Assembly: GCF_018350175.1 (NCBI RefSeq)
Contig: NC_058368.1
Span: forward strand, 96,846,001 to 96,910,000
Source of the DNA: Felis catus
Taxonomy: Eukaryota
Length of the DNA: 64,000 bases
Direction of reading: 5' to 3'
The position numbers and the translations under genes are program-made. A model generated the notes under the pieces. That model was not told the origin of the DNA and did no database searches. It worked only from the letters and a program-made list of their open reading frames with translations. Shown here piece by piece: positions 50,246 to 61,150 of the stretch (position 1 is the stretch's first letter; each line of letters opens with the position of its first letter).

Positions 50246-51055
50246 AAATAGAGTCCTTTCTGGTCATGTAATGGCTACAATCCTTTGCACTGGGCCAAAA
50301 TGCAGTTCTGGCACCCCTCTGGCTTCCTGGAAATGGTCCTCTATTTCCCCTACTTATCCACTGGTTTCCCAGGTTACTCCTTTGGAAGAAAGTCTGTGTT
50401 TCCAGAAACCCAGCTAAGTCATATTAGACCAAATATTTCTCAACATTTCCTCTCACTATGTTCAGGTTTTGGTGTTTTTGTCTTGCTTTGTTTTTTCCTT
50501 TGTTTGGTTGGTTGTTTTTTGTTTGTTTGTTTGTTTTACCTCTATTTAATCTTCCCTTGTCCCAATGCACACTTCCTAATCTTCAGCAAAGTTGGTCTTC
50601 ATTCATATATCCTTCCATTATTTGTGCTCAACACTAATTATTGGCTGTTTACAAAAAATGAATTCCAGAAATGCAAATTTGCTCTGTGAGTTTATAGAAG
50701 CGCACATGCATTTATGTATCTTCTACAACACAGTGATATTAATTTATTACATGCATAACTAGAGGGCCTATGCAGAATTTTTCTACAGAAACTTCCCATT
50801 ATTCACATTAATGTGGGAGGCAGAGGCAGATTTAGAAATAATGAAATTTACAAGCAGTCAAGTACAGTTTCTCAACAACTTTTTAAAAACCATCATGCTA
50901 TTAATTGTTTTGTCTCTGCTTTCTCTTTCTCTAATAGTATATATCTTCCTAAAGGTAAAATTATATATATATCTGCCAAAGATATAGAATATGCAAAAAA
51001 AAAATTAAGGTGAAGTTAGTAAAGTATTTAATTTGATATAGCAAAAAGTTTTGCA

Positions 51056-51624
51056 GGATCTGACAGCCCAGAGAAGGGCTAGAGGAGTAAGCATGGGGCC
51101 AGGGCCAGGTTGAGACCAGGCCTTGTGTGAACCCTCAACCCCAACCTGCTCACCCTGGAAATGCTGTGAGCAAGAACCCTGACTATGTCATACTGCACAA
51201 GATCCAGGCAGCCAGGAACATCTCCAAGACAAATGCCACATCACAGAACCATACCTATCTCACTGCTGACAATCTTGCCCTCAACCTCTATGATGAAAGT
51301 TTTACCCAGGGCAGGCACAGCCTCATCAAGGGTATAAAACTGAGCCTGGTGGCCAGGAACTCCACTCCTAGAGAAGAAGTTTTGTGAAGAGCCAGCTTGG
51401 GATCCAGCACACCCCCATTTCACCCCCACTATGATGTGATGGTCCCTTCTGCATCTATCCCCCCAAACCTTCTTGGATGCACAAAGCCTGACCAATTTTC
51501 AGGGGAATGATTTTGCTCTTCGCTGTGTGGCGCAGAGGTGTTGGGACAGTGTGACTTCTGAGTGATTTCCCTCTGTGTTTGTTCCCCCCTCCAGGCTGGT
51601 TTTTTATTACTTAAAAAAAAAAAA
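51056..51624 (+). pseudogene. PHB2: 5'-truncated PHB2 (prohibitin 2) retrocopy
   Basis: 51154-51339 translates to [62 protein letters not shown], 44/62 identical to the recalled PHB2 C-terminus [26 protein letters not shown]...SDSLIKGKK, with no introns; 1-nt insertion before the TGA (51341); PHB2-like 3' UTR ending tttttattactt + A12; TSD aaaaagttttgca (51043-51055) / aaaaagtcttcca (51620-51632). Confidence 0.93.
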
Positions 51625-52540
51625 GTCTTCCAACTTCATGTGACTCAAAATGTCTGAGATGTGCCTTAAAAAACAATGAAATGAACAGGTCAAAGAAGCA
51701 AAAACGGAAGTGGGTGAAAGTTACCTTAAGCCATGAGAAAAAATTTTTTGAGATTTCACTTCTATTTGATTCAGGTCTTCAAGACTTTGAGCCAACTGGG
51801 CGACAAATGAGCGTGTCTTGACATGCACAGCGAATCAAAAATCTCTTACGATATCATATCCTGAAGAAACACAGTTACCCAAGTCCATAGGTGTCTGTGT
51901 TCTCTGAATTCAAAACTCTCATAGTAATAAAGAAGTTACTATGTACTTGGCCATAACAAACTTTCCCTTTGAAGAAAATCTATGATTTAATTTCAAGGCT
52001 TCACCTTTTCTTTGAGTGGCACAGGGAAAGGAGATAAATGCCCTGATGAAGGAAAAGTCCAGGCACGTCTGTACATTTACTCACTCATAAAGTCATGAAC
52101 TTGCAATACATCTAATACACTGTCACTCACTTGTCACCTCCGAGATTCCTTTCTGGTCTTACATTCAGTTTCACCAGATGGGCTAATGGCCGTCTCAGTG
52201 CATTGGACCAGTAGTGCGGTTGTGGCCTCATCAGTGTTCACCTGTATTGACACCCAACACCATAATTCACTCCATGACTTACCATCTGTACTGGCTTTAT
52301 GTCCCCCTTCCAGAGCTCCACAAACCAAACACAGAGAGTCTCTTGCCAGCCAACAAGTACCCTTGTAATAATAACTCAGTAACTTAAGGTATTTTTTTTC
52401 TCTTGGGGGCTCAAGATATAAATACATAAAACCAAACCTATAAAACCGAAGTCAAGTCATATATAGCAGCTCTGCAGCTACAGTAAGCTTTCCAAACTCA
52501 GTTCTTCTCCCTCTTTTTTCTAGTGTGTATGACCCTTCTT

Positions 52541-52774
52541 GGGAGTGCTTGGGTGGCTCAGTTGGTTAAGCATCCGACTTCGGTTCAAGGTTATGATCTC
52601 AGGACCCATGGGTTTGAGCCTTGCATCAGGCTCTGTGCTGACAGCTCAGATCCTGGAGCCTACTTTGGATTCTGTGTCTCCCTCTCTCTCTGCCCCTCCC
52701 CTGTTCATTCTCTGTCTCTCTCTGTCTCAAAAATAAATAAAAATTAATATATATATTTTTTAATTAAAAAAAAA
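52541..52774 (+). mobile_element. Can-SINE (felid type)
   Basis: gggagtgcttgggtggctcag head; CT region; A-rich tail. Confidence 0.95.
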
Positions 52775-52789
52775 GACACCTTCTCCATC

Positions 52790-53230
52790 TCACACAAAGC
52801 CCTTCTCCACACTCATCCCCAATCATTTCTGATACACAAGAACCCTTTCCATGCAAACCACACCAAATTGATGATGCTCACTTGATGACCCTGTGGTCCA
52901 TGCTGCTTGCTTTCTCTGCTGGTGAAGCACTCTCTTCTCTCTCCTTTTTTTTTTTTTTCTCCCTTGGTAAATTCCTACTCATCTTGAGATCCAGCTCAAT
53001 ACTCAGCTCAAAAATTTGTGGCTTGGTGAAACTCTCCATCCAACTCCTAGGCAGAAAAAAATAAGTTGCTTTCTTAGATGCTCTCCCACAGATTTGTATA
53101 TTCACTCCTAGTTATAGTACTGAGTACACTGTTTTATGAGTCTGGTATTATGTATCAGTCTTTCTTAAATCTTCACCTTTAGTGGATTTGAATGGGCGTT
53201 TTGTCATTTTGGGGGCCGTCAGCAAACAAC
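52790..53230 (+). mobile_element. L2 fragment
   Basis: cttggtaaattcctactcatcttgagatccagctcaa...gtgaaactctccatc; pyrimidine-rich L2 3' region. Confidence 0.6.
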
Positions 53231-53247
53231 ACTTTTCCTGTTTGGGG

Positions 53248-53385
53248 TAGAGTTGTCAGAATTAGCAAAAACAACTACAGGGCACTCAATTAAATTTGAG
53301 CATACTTATACTAAAACATTAACTAGCATTTATCTAAAATTCAACTTCATTTATCCTGAATTTTATAATTACATCCCCAAACTAG
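53248..53385. mobile_element. MER53-like hAT MITE with internal deletion
   Basis: tagagttgtcagaattagcaaaaac...ttaaatttga...catacttatactaaaa...tttatctaaaattcaa. Confidence 0.7.
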
Positions 53386-53649
53386 GGAAAACCCAAGATT
53401 GGTGGGTGGACAGGGTCACATTTCCGTTAGAAATGGTGCAGAGGAGCAGATGATCTCTCTGCAAAGTTCAAGTCTGGGTGTGCGACCTACATTCTGCCAT
53501 TCCCTGCCCAAACTCTGACTCTGGAGCAAAGTATAGAAGCAGATGTGTATACTTGTACACACACTGGCAGAAGCCAACTTCCAGAGTCCCAGTGCCAATG
53601 GGGTCTAAGGAAGAGCTAGCAATGTCTCTCCCGGACTATTCTGGCTATG

Positions 53650-53935
53650 GCCATAATTGTTAAGCTCCCATGATCACCATTTTTGAGAGCCCAACTCATG
53701 TTCTTCTCATCAGTTCCAATTTCCAAACACTCTAATTTTTCTTTATATTATTTTTTGCCATTCAACATATTATCTTTCTGTTTGTTTAGTGTCTTTCTTC
53801 CCTAGTAGATGTATAAGCTTCTTGAAAACAGGAACTTGGCTCTGTTCTCTGATCTACCCCTAACTGCAGAGCAGGACTTAGCTCACAATAAGTCCTAAGT
53901 GTAGATTTGTTGAATAAGGAAAGCAATGAATGAAT
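53650..53935 (+). mobile_element. L2 3' end
   Basis: agatgtataagcttcttgaaaacaggaac...atttgttgaataa...aatgaatgaa. Confidence 0.8.
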
Positions 53936-53978
53936 TCTTCAAAACAACTAGCCTTTCCATTTAAATGTAACCAGAATT

Positions 53979-54191
53979 AGGGCACCTGGGTGGCTCAGTT
54001 GGTCAAGCGTTGGACTTCGGCCCAGGTCATGATCTCACGGTTCAGTTCGTGGGTCCCAGTCCCGCGTCAGGCTCTGTGCTGACAACTCAGATTCTGTGTC
54101 TCCGTCTCTTTCTGCCACTCCCTGGCTCATGCTTTCTCTCTCTCTCTCTCTCTCTCTCTCAAAAATAAATAAAAACATTAACACATTTTTT
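53979..54191 (+). mobile_element. Can-SINE
   Basis: ggggcacctgggtggctcag head; (CT)n; A tail. Confidence 0.95.
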
Positions 54192-55329
54192 AAATAAACA
54201 AATTTAAACAGGATTTATTTCTTTTGAAACCAAAATACTTATTTATTACACTCAAGTTACTTTAGGAAATAGATGCACAGATAATTGAATGCAGTGTCAT
54301 GTCCACCACATCAAAAATAAATTATACAAATCCTGGGTAAAACGACAAAATGACTCTGGCAAAGTCTATAAATTTTGGTACCATATACAGCAGGCTCAGT
54401 AATTAAGAAATCAGACAAAATAAATGGTCTGACAGTTTGTACCCCAATAGAAGATGCCACTGTTTCTATGGTGTTCTATATTTCAAAAAGAATTCATAAA
54501 AAAGCAAAGCTGTTTTTGTTTTCTTTTTTTTTTACAAAAAGAGAAAAACTTCCTAATGAATTAGAAGGGTCCTTTTCCCCAACCATTTCTTCCATTTGTA
54601 ATATTAACTTCATTTTATAAAATATAATACAACATCAGGTAAATCTTTATTCACATATTATAGTAAAATGGTCAAAAAGAGCGATTTTTTTACTACTATT
54701 TTCCACACAATAGTTTTGCAGAAATGGCCCTGTAGCAATTGTTTTTCTATAACTAAACATCCTTTTGAAATCGGAACTTGGCATGGTTGTTTACAATTTT
54801 ATTGTAATATTAAATACCCTCCTCATCAAATTATAAAGCATGTTATTCATCTATGACAATGACTTTCATGATTTGCTTTTAAATTCAGTTATGTTGTCCC
54901 ACAGAATAGCTTGGATATACCTTGTTTCTTAATTCCACATTTCAACATTAAGATTATTCCATGTTTCCCTGGACTGTGCCCTCCCCCCTCCCCCTGCCAC
55001 ACACACATCCCTCTCTAAGAGAAAAGTGATATAAGAGGAGATTGATGTGTGAAAGGAAACCAAAGAGAAGAGGCACAAAGGGCAAATCAACCTCATTTGA
55101 ACTTTTGCTTGCAGGACCAAAAGACAAATGTTGGGTATCTACAATGCTAAAGACAATGTGTGTCTTTACTCTCCCAGTCACTCTTCAGTGGAGAACTCCA
55201 AAGTTTCCACTGACAACCCAAATTCATTTAAACCTGCCTATATTCAGATGCCATGGGCAACTTCCGCTGGAATCAGGAGTCTAAATTCACAATCAGCACT
55301 CATACTTTCTTTTTAGGACCCATGCTCAG

Positions 55330-56220
55330 TGCTTTGTTTTTAAATACTCCACCGACTTGGGAACCTCTGCAATACTGCTCTGCATTAAAGCCTCTGGGGA
55401 TTTTCCTTATTTTTCTTGACTTCCCAGCAGACTTTCACATAGTGGACTTTCTCCTCACATACATTCTCTTCCTTTGAATTCTGTGACATCACACCCCACT
55501 GGTTTCCTTTGCTTCTGACTCATCATTCCTTCTAGGTCTTCTCTAATTGCTTCTCTTCCATCTAACCCGCCAATATTGGGATTTTTATCTAACTTTTAAA
55601 TATCAGCTGTTTTTAGGCTCTTTTCTATTTAAATCCTCCACTTGTTAAATGACTAAGTACATGTTTTGCAGATAAAATGTTTGAGGTAAAGTCATATCAA
55701 CTTGTATATAATACAATGACACCTAATCTGAAGCCTGTAGCTCAGACAGCTCCTCTGAATATCACACCTTTATGTCCAACCGCACAATTGATATCTTGGG
55801 CAGATATTTCACAGGCCCTTGATTTCACTCAAATAAAATCCAACACATGATATTTCTTCAAAAAGTAGTCCTTGCTGGTTGTATTATACAGTCAATAGCA
55901 GTCACCAGAGGTCCAGAGACCAGGTTATGATTCCAACAGACGTGGGATCTAGTCTTATCTCAGACACCTAACTCAGTTCCATAGCAACTAGCTACTTAAC
56001 CTCTCTAGCTTCAGAAAATATTTTTGTATTATTAACTGAATGAACAAATCAAGAATCAGCACCCAAGTTCATCTTTCCCTTCGTTCTTTCTAATTTCCTA
56101 ATTACCACTGGTATTTCTCCAGTATGGTTTTTTTTTTTCAGTCATATCTATTCTTGTGGACAAAACTCTGTTTTATAGAATTACTTGAACATCAGACTCC
56201 CTCTTGTCTTATTCAAGTTT
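55330..56220 (+). mobile_element. L2 fragments with an embedded MIR remnant
   Basis: tttcttgacttcccagcagactttcacatagtggac...ttctgtgacatcacaccccactggtttcc; MIR-like stretch at about 55910-56010. Confidence 0.55.
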
Positions 56221-56240
56221 GGTTTTAGAAACGATGGCAT

Positions 56241-56350
56241 CAGGTGCCTGGGTGGCTCAGTTGGTTAAGCATATGACTCTTGATCTCAGGGTCATGAGTT
56301 CAAGCCCTGCAGTGTGCATGACACCTACTTTAAAAAAGAAAAAAAAGAAA
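56241..56350 (+). mobile_element. Short Can-SINE (tRNA-related part plus A tail, no CT region)
   Basis: ggtgcctgggtggctcagttggttaagcatatgactcttgatctcagggtcatgagttcaagccc; TSD agaaacgatggcat / agaaacaatgccat. Confidence 0.9.
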
Positions 56351-59300
56351 GAAACAATGCCATTTTCTTTGTTAATGGTTTCCATGTTCCATGCCTCCAA
56401 ACCCTTGAGTTTCTCATCTAACATTTTCCAAAATACTCCTCTACACCAAGGTTTCTCAAACATTTTATCTACAACACATGTCCTAGTTATTTAACAAAAA
56501 TCCCTATCACTAACTCTGGGTAAACTTTAAGTGTTATGATTTTAAGTTATAAAAATAAAGCCTATGTTGAAATTGGCATTTTCATTCATTTCTGATCAGT
56601 CATAAGGAAAATATCACTTCTAATCTCACACCAAGATCTCAACATAATGCCAGAAATAAATAGGGAGATTAGGTATAGATTAAGTAATAGGTACAGGTTG
56701 AGTTGATTTATATTTTTAGTCTTATAAGTCAAGCATAACGGCAGTAAACTTCCATAGTTTTAAAAAGTTAAACACTGACCCAAAAATTATGAAGAAATTT
56801 CACATCAAACACTATCTTTAATGGGCCTCCAGAATATAAATTGGCAACCAAAGCATATTAAAATGTTTTAATTTGGAAGGTTCTTGCAAATAGATTTTTG
56901 TTTGCTACATTGTATTTGGCCCTGGAAAGTAATTTTGTGGCAGCATTTAGATATTGATGTAAAACATAATCATGACACATTATCAATCTTTTTCTCTGAT
57001 GAGAGAAGAAAATCATCAAGCACTGAATAAGAATCAAACTCATAGTATGAGCCAAAATGCTCTACAATACAGTCTTATTTTAAATCATGGAATACTTTGA
57101 TTCAACAAGACAAAGTCATGATCTATATGCTTTTACGCACTAAGTTTAGCCTTTTCAAGATTCAAACATATCATCATTTGAATAAACCTTGAAATTATTG
57201 GCCATAACATGTTTCAAGAAAAATATTTTTATCATCTTTATTTTAAAAACCGGTGAGCGTATACCTGTTTTTCACCGACAGCTGGAAGACTCCAGTAAAA
57301 AAAAATCAGTCTCCTACAAGCTGTTCAATCAAACACACTGAAAAGAAGAATAAACACTCACAATAATGTGGTTGTTTTTGTAATTTAAAGAGAAACTGTT
57401 TCCAATCAAACATTTTCTGTGACTAAAGCTGTTGGTTCCTGGCATTCAAAGCAATCTACCCACTAACGCCATTCCTTCCTGTACAAGTAGCACATGCTCT
57501 CCCATGCCTATCTCAGAACACCTTTTCGAGTCTGCAGTACAACTCAGTTAACAATTAACATTTTTTAACAATTTTTTTATTATCATTATTAACAATTTTT
57601 TTTAATTTCTCTGTTAGCATTATATTTAGTGATGACCAACAGAGAGAGTCATTGAGCACTTTTCTTTCTCAAATGGACTGCATCTTTGCAGAGAATGTGT
57701 TCATGTCGAGCACATCACTGGTTTTGTCCAACTGAAATTGCTAAGTATTTAGTAAGTGTGTGATGGCAACTGCCTTTGTAAATCATATATCCTTGACATT
57801 AGGCAACGCTCTACAATATTACTTGACTCAAAAATTGTAACCTGCAAATTTTCTTTTCTTTCTCAACTTTACGCTAGTTTATCATCTTTCTGGCAATAGC
57901 ACGACGTACTTTTTCTTTTTTTGAGGAATGTAGGATCAAAAAAATCCCACAGTAAATGTTGTGCCTTCCTGACTTAATAACATGATTCAAGAATTTCCTA
58001 TGTCATGTAAACTTTTTCTATTTCCCAAAGATTTTGGAGTTTCTCCAGCTTTCCAGCTCATTAATTTTTTTTCCCCTTTTCCTTCCCTTTCTTGGCCCCG
58101 AAGTTTGTGGTTGCTGTGCTGTGACAACTTGGAGATCCCAGCAGTTCTCTGAATAAACATAATTTTATTCCGATTCCTATTTTAGAAGAATCTAGATTGA
58201 TTTGATTGACTGATTTGTCAGCACTTTGAAAAGAGCATAATAAACAGAGTTTGTTTGTATGTGACAGAATTCTAGAAATAGATTGTAGATCCTATAAAAT
58301 TGTACTTCAATGTATCCATCTGAATATTCAATGTACCTTTTACATGTAGTTTTCTTTTTTGGCCACTCAGGTGAATGTGTTACGAGTGATTACTTTTCTG
58401 AGACAATGCAGATTTGTGTTCTATATCCACACTATTATTTTTGAGAAGATACATTCACTTTACAATATTTATCATGGTGTTTATTCTATTGTACAACATT
58501 TTAATCAATTTTCATCAACTGGGGCTAAAATGCATAGCAACTATAAAAAGAAAACATGAACTTAGCTTATGCAATAAGCAAGTGGTTAGAAAATACTTCA
58601 GCCAAAACCATCTATTTTCTAATAACTGAATCGAAGGCAGGATGAACAGATGATATAGTATGTGTAGCACACACAAGATTATAACAAAATAACTGAATTT
58701 CTGAAAATCTAAGAATCTTCTATTTCAAAGCTGTGAAATATGTACAAATAAAAGTATTTCTTTCTTTTTTTTTTTCTCTGTAAATATCAAATCACTTGAC
58801 AGGCCAATGAGCATTACCAGATATTCAAGAATCATACATTCACAAAAAGTTTGTTCCATACTTTAATGTATATGTTACTGAAAAAGTATACCATGGTCAA
58901 ATATCTTTGAAAAAGTCTCAGCTAAACTAAGTCTACCAGGTTGATTTCCTGAGACTCTCCAAAAGCAAAGATTTAGCATATGACACTGCCTGAGCTTAAC
59001 TCAGCACAGAGCCTTTTTTCCCTTCTTTTGGAAGTTTCCTTGGGAACATGGTTTGGGAACAAATTTCTCCTTTGTTCCTTCCCTCCCAGCTGGAGTTAAT
59101 TGATTAGTGGGTTTAATGAGTCCAAGCAGGTCTCATTTATGACTGAGATTTATGCCCCCAGAAAACTGCTCAGCTCCTGGATAAGCATGTTAATTTACCT
59201 TTTTCTGGAGTCCCAGTTCAAAAGGTATTAACCATTGTTATTTCCCAAGAGTTACAACTGTGGTTATTCTACTTTGCAATGTGCATGTGTTTCTTGCATC

Positions 59301-59659
59301 ATTAGGATTTCACCTGGCCTAGTATTTTGTATCTTCCAGTAAAGGTACAGCTTAATTTTGTAGGCTCGCAGGCCTTTCCATAGCTCCTACCCTAGTGAAT
59401 TTTCTTTCCTTCTCTTTTTCTGTTTTGTTACATGTATCCACTTGCCAATTTCTTCATCCTGACATGGATACTCCTCCATCTTCAGAGAATTTTTTTTCTT
59501 CCCATCTCCCTTTTTGAACAATTTCTTCCATCTTGTCTGAACATGTTCAGCACTTAAGCAGCAAATCTTAATTCAAGAGAAAAAGAAGTCATTGTTTTAA
59601 AATCAGGATGGATTATGTTGTTGTTGTTGTTGTTATAATTAATTGCGGTACTTAGAGGA

Positions 59660-59830
59660 TAGTGTGACGTAGTGGAAAGGTGAGAACCTTCTGGGTTCAA
59701 ATCCTACAAACTACCAGTAAGTGAATTGTATTCAAGCTTCTTATCCTTACTGAACCTTAATTTTCTCATCTGTGAAAGAGGTATAATAACACCCAAATAT
59801 AGCTTTGTGATATAGAATATACTGGAAAAT
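59660..59830 (+). mobile_element. MIR
   Basis: gtagtggaaagg...ctgggttcaaatcc...ctgaaccttaattttctcatctgtgaaagaggtataataacacc. Confidence 0.8.
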
Positions 59831-60989
59831 AACACATATATTACCCTCACACTTTTCCTTTGGGCAGTGAGTATTTGTGCAACAACCCAGACAAACTGCT
59901 GTGATCTTATCCAAGCAAGAAGGTTAAACCAGATGGCACTAAAGACCCTTCAATTGCTAAGGAATGTTCCTTAGGAATGTTCCTTTCACCTCCTTCCATA
60001 GGAATCCAGCCACATGGCATTGCACATATTTGGGAACTGCAGAAAGGTAAAAACACTGTATGTACCTTGGAGGTCAATGAGACAATTTCCTGAGTACCCC
60101 AGCTTGGTGTCTCATGATGAATTACAGCCTTCATGGGCTTCTCTAAAAATTCCTCTTTTGGTCACAGAAACAGTTTACTTTTATTTCTCCTTACTTCTCC
60201 TAGGCCACATATGCTTCCCTGATACCCAGGGATTTCCAGAAATCTTATGAATCATTCACACATTCTGGCAAGAGAGTGTGGTCACTAGTTTCTATGAATA
60301 TTGGTCTAAGATATTGTGGGCACCATTTACTATATATGATAAGTGGCTCTTCTGTTTCCAACCAAGGGAGTTTTACACCCTTCAACAGACTTCTTTCAAC
60401 AGTAGGTTTCTACTGTTCTCCCTTCATTATAGTATTAAGAATGAAAGATATATACACAAATCATTGAAATAAAACTTAATTTCATTAGGGTTTTGGATAT
60501 AAATTTTCTTTTCTTTGGAACCTCTTCCAATGGAACGCATAAATGTAAATCTAAGAGTGCATTTATTGCTACACTCTTCTCTAAAACTGCTGCCCAAAAT
60601 GATGACTCTTTAGTGTAAAGTAACTGCAATGTTCTCTAATATCCCACATGATAGTGATTGGCTGTTCAATACTGCCTGGAAAATTACATGGAAAATTAAG
60701 CCAATCCAACCAGCTAAGACATATTAATGTAACATTATATGTCTGACAAACTTACTCAAGCTAAAAATAATTAGCATTAAATCAATAAATTCTAGCTATT
60801 TACATAATTGCCCCACTCTTTTAGAAATCTGCTTCGCCACTCCCTTCTCACTTTTCTTTCCACTACACATATCACAGTTAATAGTTTTTTAATTAACTCA
60901 CCAGCAGACAATGTTTCTAAAAAGGGTTGGAAACTACGTCTTATTAAATGAAAGCCAACATGTCCACATACCTTCCATGTTCATGTGGA

Positions 60990-61150
60990 TTTACACGTGT
61001 GCCATCCTGTTAGGGCACTTTGACAGTCATTCCTACCTAACAAAGAAGCTCATGTATAAACAGACTGGACAACTTGCCCAAGATCACCCAGATAATAAAA
61101 GGTGGAAGTGAAATAAAAGCCTGGGCCATTTGATTCCAATGTCTATATTT
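60990..61150 (-). mobile_element. MIR remnant
   Basis: caacttgcccaagatcacccagataataa...gggccatttgattccaa. Confidence 0.6.

Noticed and set aside
51127..51387. 86-aa ORF as a functional PHB2-derived retrogene
   Set aside because: Starts at GTG rather than ATG, has 18 substitutions in 62 residues of a highly conserved protein and a frameshift at the stop; consistent with neutral decay.
52125..52370. Possible minus-strand exons (donor-like acttacc at about 52278 and actcac at about 52125)
   Set aside because: Weak acceptors, implied intron of only ~40 nt, and no recognisable protein; cannot be supported without RNA data.
1544..54191. Recurring ORF family with AQVMISQFVSSSP / LTLDFSSGHDLTV motifs that looks like a multicopy small-protein system
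   Set aside because: Every instance is a translation of a Can-SINE, with TSDs and A tails; not genes.
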